DNA of 64,000 nt. Origin: a virus. Where the stretch lies: positions 1-64,000 of IMG/VR virus record IMGVR_UViG_3300009523_000001; one strand, written 5' to 3'. The notes under the pieces are model-generated. The model was not told where the DNA came from, did not search any database, and worked only from the letters and a program-made list of their open reading frames with translations. Position numbers and translations under genes: made by a program. This document shows positions 58,601 through 64,000 of the stretch, in pieces. Position 1 is the first letter of the stretch. Every line of letters starts with the position of its first letter.

Positions 58601-60358
58601 TTCGGCGAGCACGGTTTGGATCCACGTGTCGCCGTACCAGAGGCGCAGCTCCGGCGGGATCGGGAACGCGATCGTGACCGCTTCCCGTGTCAGGGCGAAA
58701 AACGCTCCGGCCGTGTGCTTTGGGTCGTTGGTCGATTCTCCGGACGGCCGCACGGCGCCGGCGGCTTCGGCTTCGGTGCCGACCCGTCGACCCACCCAGA
58801 CCTCTCGCCGGCCGCGCGCGCGGTCGAACCGCTGGAGCAGCGATGAAGACCATCCTGGACTGACGACGAGGTCGGCGTTCGCAATGACGAGGATCTCGGC
58901 GTTCGACTCGAGAAACCGTGCGGCAAGCTGATTCCAGGCGGGGTTGACGTAGACGTTCTCCGGATTGCGCAGGACCGTAATGGTGGCCCCCATTTCGTCG
59001 AGCGCCGATTTGACAGCCGGCGCGCCGCCGTTGTCGATCGCCACGACGTCGACCCCCGGCTCGCAGAACGACCGGAGCGCGCGCACGAGGAGATCGTGAT
59101 CCTCCGCGAAGCACGGTACGCCGAGTACGATGCGGGTGCGCTGGGTGCGCGTCAGCACCGTGAGGCCGTTGTTGTTGTGCAGGCGGACCTCGATCCCCCA
59201 TTCCGGATGCGCCGCAATGAATTCTTCGACCGCGGGCCAGAGGCCGGGACCGACGTCGCCCTCGTCGCGGGTGCCGTAGGTCTCCGTGTCGTGCAGCACG
59301 ATGTGCTTGCGTACTTTCGGTCCGTGCAGGGCGAGCTCCTGCCGGAGCTGCGCGTAGGTGTGGATCGTGTCGATGAACAGAAGATCGGTCTCGTCGATGC
59401 CGACCGACAGCGAGCTCACTCGCTGGAAATCAAAATCGATCCCCGCTTCTGTGGCCACCTTCTTCTGAAGATTCACCTTGTCCCGGATGTCGTAACAGCG
59501 CATCCGCTTCGGCCGGCCGTGGAGCAGACCCCATGTCGACAGACCGACCCCCAACTCCGTCACGCGTTCGCAGTCTTTGGCGTACATCGAGAGCATCGGG
59601 ATGTGCTCGTGGATGTCCGACGGGGTGTCCCGGGCAGCGACGTACTGGCGTTCGATCTCTCCAAGACTTCTGCAGGCTTTGCTGAGCCGAGACCACGCAA
59701 CCCGGTCGTGCGCCGTCATGGAATGAAACTCGGGCACGTGGCCGCCGCTGACGAATCCCTCGTGCCACACGGCCATGCCGTAAAGCGTTCGCTGCCGAAA
59801 GCCAGCCTCCGAGAGCAGCGAATGGATCCAGTCATCGCCGCAGTGGATGAGCAGCTCCGGCGGGATCGGGAACGCGATGGACACCGCCTCCCGCGTCATT
59901 GCAAAGAAGGCGCCGCTGACCGATCGGCCCGACGAACCATCGACCGTATCGATGGATGCGGTCTGCGCGCGCGAGGCTTCGTTCACGCTCGAGAGGGCTC
60001 GTCCGAACCAGAACTCTCGGTCGCCCTTGGACCGCGAGTGGTCGCGGCGCAGCAGCAGGGAGGCGGACCAGTGAGGGGCTGCGATGAGGTCCGCGTTCGC
60101 GAGGACGAGGATCTCCGAGTCGGATGCGAGGAAATGCGCGGCAAGCTGGTTCCACGCCGGGTTCACGTAGATGTTCGTTGGGTTGCGGAGGATTTCGATG
60201 GACGGTTCCATTTCGGCCAGCACGGCCTTCACGTCGGTCGCCGCACCGTTGTCCACGGCCACGACGGCGACCTCGTCCTCCAGGAAGGATCGAAGGGCGC
60301 GCGTCAGCAGCTCGCGAGGCTCCGCGAAGCAGGGGACACCCAGCAAGATGCGCGGCAT
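55658..60358 (-). CDS. Giant multi-enzyme fusion: GT2-like + SAM methyltransferase + GT2-like + HtrL/YibB-like GT + GT2-TPR + beta-propeller glycosidase-like domain
   Basis: Two VA(V/I)DNG..N.YVNPAWNQ..NAD domains; DLLFIDT.H.Y; FAWIDF..WRFCGGF; MIVKNE..DTGSTD..IDAD; EDCRL, KNWMP, LRGG, IEFAAGL. Confidence 0.85.
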   Translation of the reverse strand: MPRILLGVPCFAEPRELLTRALRSFLEDEVAVVAVDNGAATDVKAVLAEMEPSIEILRNPTNIYVNPAWNQLAAHFLASDSEILVLANADLIAAPHWSASLLLRRDHSRSKGDREFWFGRALSSVNEASRAQTASIDTVDGSSGRSVSGAFFAMTREAVSIAFPIPPELLIHCGDDWIHSLLSEAGFRQRTLYGMAVWHEGFVSGGHVPEFHSMTAHDRVAWSRLSKACRSLGEIERQYVAARDTPSDIHEHIPMLSMYAKDCERVTELGVGLSTWGLLHGRPKRMRCYDIRDKVNLQKKVATEAGIDFDFQRVSSLSVGIDETDLLFIDTIHTYAQLRQELALHGPKVRKHIVLHDTETYGTRDEGDVGPGLWPAVEEFIAAHPEWGIEVRLHNNNGLTVLTRTQRTRIVLGVPCFAEDHDLLVRALRSFCEPGVDVVAIDNGGAPAVKSALDEMGATITVLRNPENVYVNPAWNQLAARFLESNAEILVIANADLVVSPGWSSSLLQRFDRARGRREVWVGRRVGTEAEAAGAVRPSGESTNDPKHTAGAFFALTREAVTIAFPIPPELRLWYGDTWIQTVLAEAGFQSVTLRDVVAWHAEKVSSSRLPELAEMVTREGVEWNERLHALARERGSSQKKRPERPTRMDDVLTLLKRPISSTRFVSAFFRLRDRTVDEDAYFRWFSELAASGLPILLFLDRQLAERAPKHPNVQVELTDLESLWPFQHDDGTRTLPGTRSSEKDARGSLLLINAKLDLLALARELDDSSSHFAWIDFAVMKVVKNPASFLDRLRALHPPSVCVLAPGCWNKETAAARATDDDVNWRFCGGFLLVDRESIPELVERYHAVFRRMQQITWEVNTWAEMEREGQRFDWYQADHDDSIIDIPRDGDTPMNRLERRATAARGKHKEEKSTVTRICLVMIVKNESAIIERCLSAALPFIDKWVITDTGSTDGTFETIQRFFKEHQVPGKLVRTTFKNFAQARNESLEAARAYDGWDYALLIDADMVLRGSLDKRALTAPAYRLQQLTGALHYWNTRLVRRDVVAQYVGVTHEFLSVPGDTPPNLDSCSIDDRNDGGSKGDKGDRDIRLLMDGLTREPDNARYMFYLANTYREMGRQQEAIQWYTRRIAAGGWDEEVWASHYGIARSHAALNDEPALVLACFDAYNFRPTRAEPLALLARWWREHGKSDAAILLAEQVARMPCPDEILFVEKDVYERKNAPDVAISGFYSKLPARRQAGYDACARLTIDRDANVRGEARGNFVHYVKTARELCGAELRAIDWKSDDGYAPMNPSVLVVGDRRLVLVRTVNYTVAEGQYPTIDGSGIIRTKNWILEMNKTWKPTGSPTLLTDATGLPRTSYPVEGFEDCRLWLDGDKFRASAVVRDLGDGRCEQCILTIDHEWKITDVRVIRDYEHDRAQKNWMPILGQPGSFLYLCDPTIVIDCAPEKTTERFRITDLDENLTELRGGSQVIPHGDSFLCLVHEVVHTPGRIYLHRFVRLTEKLEIRSISEPFYFERKGIEFAAGLARDGDRLVVSFGVNDASAHLAFFDSAAVDRLISTQT

Positions 60359-61611
60359 CACGAAGCTCGGAAAATGAGGACGTTGTCCCCGTACCACGGC
60401 ATTCGAGTGAGTTTCGTCCACTCGGCTTTCACGGCGGCAGTCCTCGTTTCGTCAACCGAGAAGCCCTCCGCGCCGAACTTCGTGATCCAGTACGTCGGCG
60501 GTTGGCAATTGATATGATCGTGGCCCCCTTGGCCGATCGGTGCGGCTGTCAGCAGGATCGAACCACCCGGCGCGCATGCCCTGCAGAGCTTGCACACGAG
60601 CGTGTCTGCGTCCTCTACCGGCAGGTGCTCGGCCACCTCCATGCACGTCACGAGGTCGTAGGGAGGCGACGCCCCAAAGGCCGCATCGCCCGCCGTGATG
60701 TCCTCCTGCCATAGGTAAAGTCGGACGGCGGCGTCTGCCCGGTCGAAGGCGGCCGTGGAGCCTTCTAGCCCCCACGCATCCACGCCCAGTTCGCGCAATC
60801 GGCCCACGAATTGCCCCGGACCGGCCCCCACGTCGAGGACCCTCTGGGGCGAGAGCAGACGAAAGACCATCTCTGCGGCGGTTCGGATGTCCGCTTTCTG
60901 GAGACCCTGGTATGCGTCGAAGAAGTGGGCGTCGTAGATGCCGTCCAGGTTGCGGCGCGAACGGTGGTAACTCGCCAGGCGCGGGTACCTGCGCTTGCTC
61001 CGGAAGAACCGATCCGCCGCCAAGGTGGGCGCTCCTCCGGAAGGGTCGGTTCCGGATTCCCCGTACATGACCAAGACGTCCTCGACCCACCGCGTGCGGT
61101 CCCATCCCGCCATCTCGACCATCGGGAACATCGTGGCGTGATCGACCGCGCGTCCTGTCCATGTGCCGTCCGGGAGCTTCAGGTCGGAGGGGTCGATGCG
61201 CTGGAAGAGGCCTGCCCGGAACGTCTTCAGGTGCGAGCACCGCCACGGGGCCGTACGCACGTCTTCGTCCGGTGCGTAGGGGGCGTTCGTCGCGTGGGTG
61301 CGACCGTCCTCGGTCGCGAAGGACCCGTAGGTGAGCCACACGGCCGGGTCCTCATAGAGGCGGGCGATTCGCGCCGCAACGGTCGTGTGCGCAAACCAGT
61401 CGTCCCCGTCAAGCTGCAAGACAACGGCATCCGGATCGAGGTCAGAAACCGAGTCGACGAGGTTCTCCGAGTGCGTCTTCGGAGTCGGCTGCGACGCGGC
61501 TTCGATGAAGATGTGCCGCACCGGGACCGTCTGGGCTGCGACCGAGTGGCGGCATCGGTCGGTGGGCGACGCGCGAAAGCAAGTCGAGACGACAACAAGT
61601 TGCGCGCTCAT
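60358..61611 (-). CDS. GT2 glycosyltransferase fused to class I SAM methyltransferase
   Basis: LDGDDW, WLTYGS, SHLKTFR; VLDVGAGPG, EVAEH, GQGG..HIN. Confidence 0.85.
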   Translation of the reverse strand: MSAQLVVVSTCFRASPTDRCRHSVAAQTVPVRHIFIEAASQPTPKTHSENLVDSVSDLDPDAVVLQLDGDDWFAHTTVAARIARLYEDPAVWLTYGSFATEDGRTHATNAPYAPDEDVRTAPWRCSHLKTFRAGLFQRIDPSDLKLPDGTWTGRAVDHATMFPMVEMAGWDRTRWVEDVLVMYGESGTDPSGGAPTLAADRFFRSKRRYPRLASYHRSRRNLDGIYDAHFFDAYQGLQKADIRTAAEMVFRLLSPQRVLDVGAGPGQFVGRLRELGVDAWGLEGSTAAFDRADAAVRLYLWQEDITAGDAAFGASPPYDLVTCMEVAEHLPVEDADTLVCKLCRACAPGGSILLTAAPIGQGGHDHINCQPPTYWITKFGAEGFSVDETRTAAVKAEWTKLTRMPWYGDNVLIFRAS

Positions 61612-62159
61612 GGCACCTCGACGTACCACACCGGGTAATAGAGCCCGTTTGTGAATTGGCTTCCGCGCCAGATGTTGAAATGATCAAACGCTTCGATAAC
61701 GGCTCGAACCAGGCCGGGATACTCCCAGGTGAAATCGTGCCCCGCGAGGACCCCGCCCGATTTGATCTTCGGACCCCAGGCAACGATGTCATTCTGGACA
61801 TCCGAATGTTCATGGCCGGCGTCGAGGAACACGAAGTCGAGAGACTTATCGGCGTAGAAGCTGGCCGCTTCCCAGGATGCGCCGAGATGCACCTGATCGA
61901 TTGCATGCGCGATCGGATCGAGCGCGCGGCGGATTCCGTCCGTGCCCAGGTCGTTGAACCCCTGATCCACGAGATCGAGCGTGGCGCCCTTGTCGGCGCG
62001 AGAGAGCTCCACACCGAGAAACGCCGCGCTCCGACCGGCAAAGACCCCCACCTCGACGCAGCGTGCCTTCTCTGGCACTCGCTTGGCAATCCAGGCGTAG
62101 AAGTCTTCGAACGTAAAGTACCCAGGCAGGGTTTTGTAGAAGTGCTCGATCGTTTTCAT
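61608..62159 (-). CDS. Class I SAM methyltransferase (Methyltransf_24-like)
   Basis: VEVGVFAGRS, SLDFVFLDAGH, GGVLAGHD. Confidence 0.88.
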   Translation of the reverse strand: MKTIEHFYKTLPGYFTFEDFYAWIAKRVPEKARCVEVGVFAGRSAAFLGVELSRADKGATLDLVDQGFNDLGTDGIRRALDPIAHAIDQVHLGASWEAASFYADKSLDFVFLDAGHEHSDVQNDIVAWGPKIKSGGVLAGHDFTWEYPGLVRAVIEAFDHFNIWRGSQFTNGLYYPVWYVEVP

Positions 62160-62725
62160 AACCGAACGCACCAGCAGGGGAAGAAGTGCCCCTGCATCTG
62201 CGCATCTCCACCGTCGGTGATCCCGGGCCAGACCTCGAAGCGGGCGAACCGCTCGTTGACGGCACGGACGACGCCGAACTCTGGATTCTGCCAGTGGATG
62301 TAGTCGTGTCCGGCGAGCAGGCCACCCTTTTTGACCTTGGGTCGCCATGCGTCAATGTCTCTGGAGATGCTATCGCGGTCGTGGTTCGCGTCGAGGAAGA
62401 CGAAGTCGAGCGACTCATCGGGATAACGGGCTGCGACATTCCACGAGCAACCCTTTTGGATTCTCCACGCCACGGGAATCTTGGCGAGCCGGCCCATCAC
62501 GGTTTCTGGAGGGCTGTCGTGAAACTGGTCGACGAGATCCACCTGAGCCGAGACGCCTCGGTTGACCAGCTCCACCCCCAAGAAGGCGGCGGATTGCCCG
62601 TGGTAGATGCCGACCTCCACGAGGTGCGGCGACGGCTTGCCGATCATCTCTCCGGCCACCCACGCGTAGAAGTCCGGGAACGTGAAGAAGCCCGGGATCT
62701 CTTTGAAATAGTGCTCCATGCCCAT
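62156..62725 (-). CDS. Class I SAM methyltransferase (paralogue of 61608-62159)
   Basis: VEVGIYHGQS, SLDFVFLDANH, GGLLAGHD. Confidence 0.88.
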   Translation of the reverse strand: MGMEHYFKEIPGFFTFPDFYAWVAGEMIGKPSPHLVEVGIYHGQSAAFLGVELVNRGVSAQVDLVDQFHDSPPETVMGRLAKIPVAWRIQKGCSWNVAARYPDESLDFVFLDANHDRDSISRDIDAWRPKVKKGGLLAGHDYIHWQNPEFGVVRAVNERFARFEVWPGITDGGDAQMQGHFFPCWCVRL

Positions 62726-63687
62726 CAGCCTCCGAACACTTCGCGGGCGATCTCGGTTACGGCGAGCTGCACCGCTTCATCGGACGAGCGAGTCACGCGA
62801 AACCCGAGCGCCGCCAACTTGTCCGGCTTCAGGCACGAGTGGGGGACGTCCCCTCGCCACCCTTGCACGTCCGTGCCGAACGCGATGCGCGCGGACGGGT
62901 TCGGCGAGGCCGCAACGCACAGCTCGGCAATCCGCGCCACGCTCGTCGAGTTGGGCGGCGCAATGTTGTAGATTGCCGGCCGTAGCGCTCCACCCTGTGT
63001 GTGATCGAGCACGAAGAGCAAGCCCGCCACGCAGTCGCGGACGTGCAGGTACGGCTTGGACTGGTGGCCGTCGCCGAGCACGTCGAGATGGTCTGGATGA
63101 TCCTTGAGCTTCTTGCAGAAATCGAGAAGGACGCCGTGCGTGCCACGCGAGCCCACGACGTTGCCAAACCGACAGATAACCCCTTCGAGGGCGAAGCACT
63201 CCACGAAGGCGGCGAGCATCGCCTCGCTCGCGAGCTTGCTGGCGCCGTAGAGCGAGATGGGCAGGTGCCCGAGATCCCGTTCTCCGCACGGAACAGAGAC
63301 GTTGCCGTACACGGTTCCGCTCGACGCGAGCACGAATCGCTTCACGCAGCCGAGGCGGGCGGCCTCGAGCGCGTTGTACGTGGCGATCGTCCCCTGTTCG
63401 AGGTCGAGCCGGGTGTTCGTGAGGCCGTGGCGCGCTTCGGGGTTGGCGGCGAGATGGAAGACGACGTCGTGACCCTGCATGGCCACAGCGAGCGCAGGCA
63501 AGTCGAGTGCATCCCCGCACACAAGGGTCGCCCGGCCGGAAGCGATCGGTTCGGCGAGAAACGCCGACTTGCCGACGCTCAGGTTGTCGAACACGGTGAC
63601 GGGACCGCGCTCGACGAGCTGGTCCACCAGGTGGCTTCCGATGAAGCCGGCGCCGCCGATGACGAACGAATGCACTCTTTTACCCAT
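62725..63687 (-). CDS. NAD-dependent epimerase/dehydratase (UDP-glucose 4-epimerase-like)
   Basis: GGAGFIG, SSGTVYG, YGASK, RFGNVVG. Confidence 0.92.
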   Translation of the reverse strand: MGKRVHSFVIGGAGFIGSHLVDQLVERGPVTVFDNLSVGKSAFLAEPIASGRATLVCGDALDLPALAVAMQGHDVVFHLAANPEARHGLTNTRLDLEQGTIATYNALEAARLGCVKRFVLASSGTVYGNVSVPCGERDLGHLPISLYGASKLASEAMLAAFVECFALEGVICRFGNVVGSRGTHGVLLDFCKKLKDHPDHLDVLGDGHQSKPYLHVRDCVAGLLFVLDHTQGGALRPAIYNIAPPNSTSVARIAELCVAASPNPSARIAFGTDVQGWRGDVPHSCLKPDKLAALGFRVTRSSDEAVQLAVTEIAREVFGG

Positions 63688-63749
63688 CGCCGGCCGCGTA
63701 CGGCGGCTGCATGGCCATCCTCTCGAGGTCCGAACGGCGCATTCCGGCT

Positions 63750-63779
63750 ACCGTAAACCGGACTGTCACCCACCGTCAA
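63750..63779 (-). promoter_or_regulatory. Possible promoter for the glycosylation operon
   Basis: TTGACG-N18-TACGGT on the minus strand. Confidence 0.4.
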
Positions 63780-63847
63780 TCGGGAGATACTTAGCTGCGA
63801 CCGACGATGAAACTCACCCGATTCCCCAGAGGTGGATAATCACCCGA

Positions 63848-64000
63848 TCACCAGAGGATGTAGGCTTGCTCGGCGCCGGTTTGGCCCGAGTTGGCGGTGT
63901 ACTTCCACCGCGCCACTTCGCCGCTCGTGGACAAGGAAACGCTGGTGGCGCTGAAGTCGCCCGGAGCAGCCGGGTTCTCGATCGTGATCGGCGGGCTCGG
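63848..64000 (-). CDS. C-terminal end of a gene running off the window (structural-like)
   Basis: Open frame PSPPITIENPAAPGDFSATSVSLSTSGEVARWKY...YILW*. Confidence 0.55.
   Translation of the reverse strand, partial: PSPPITIENPAAPGDFSATSVSLSTSGEVARWKYTANSGQTGAEQAYILW

Overview
A 64-kb, high-GC segment that looks like the interior of a large bacteriophage (or prophage) genome. It has about 110 tightly overlapping genes, mostly small hypotheticals, and no host housekeeping operons, integrase, terminase, portal or capsid genes. The lipoproteins, lone response regulator and tmRNA tag suggest a diderm high-GC host such as Myxococcota (inference). 1-30 kb: accessory and DNA-metabolism genes (oligoribonuclease, PD-(D/E)XK nuclease, HNH nucleases, SF1 helicase, nucleotidyltransferase, SprT-like protease, metallophosphoesterase, HigBA). 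31-40.4 kb: an 11-gene minus-strand operon of mosaic proteins whose domains are delimited by a recurring x-x-E-(A)-R-R motif and Arg-rich linkers. This is the best candidate for an undescribed system: virion-packaged, protease-processed polyprotein cargo. 40.5-44.7 kb: toxin-antitoxin parts, three DUF6527-like genes and two CX5R phosphatases. 44.7-55.2 kb: fibre/adhesin genes (GH140-like, collagen-like), a complete tmRNA with a non-canonical T-loop, and cell-wall hydrolases. 55.6-63.7 kb: a glycosylation/methylation cluster including a ~1566-aa multi-enzyme fusion. All family assignments come from motif recognition by eye; no searches were run. Several start codons were moved from the supplied ORF track using RBS or gene-overlap evidence.
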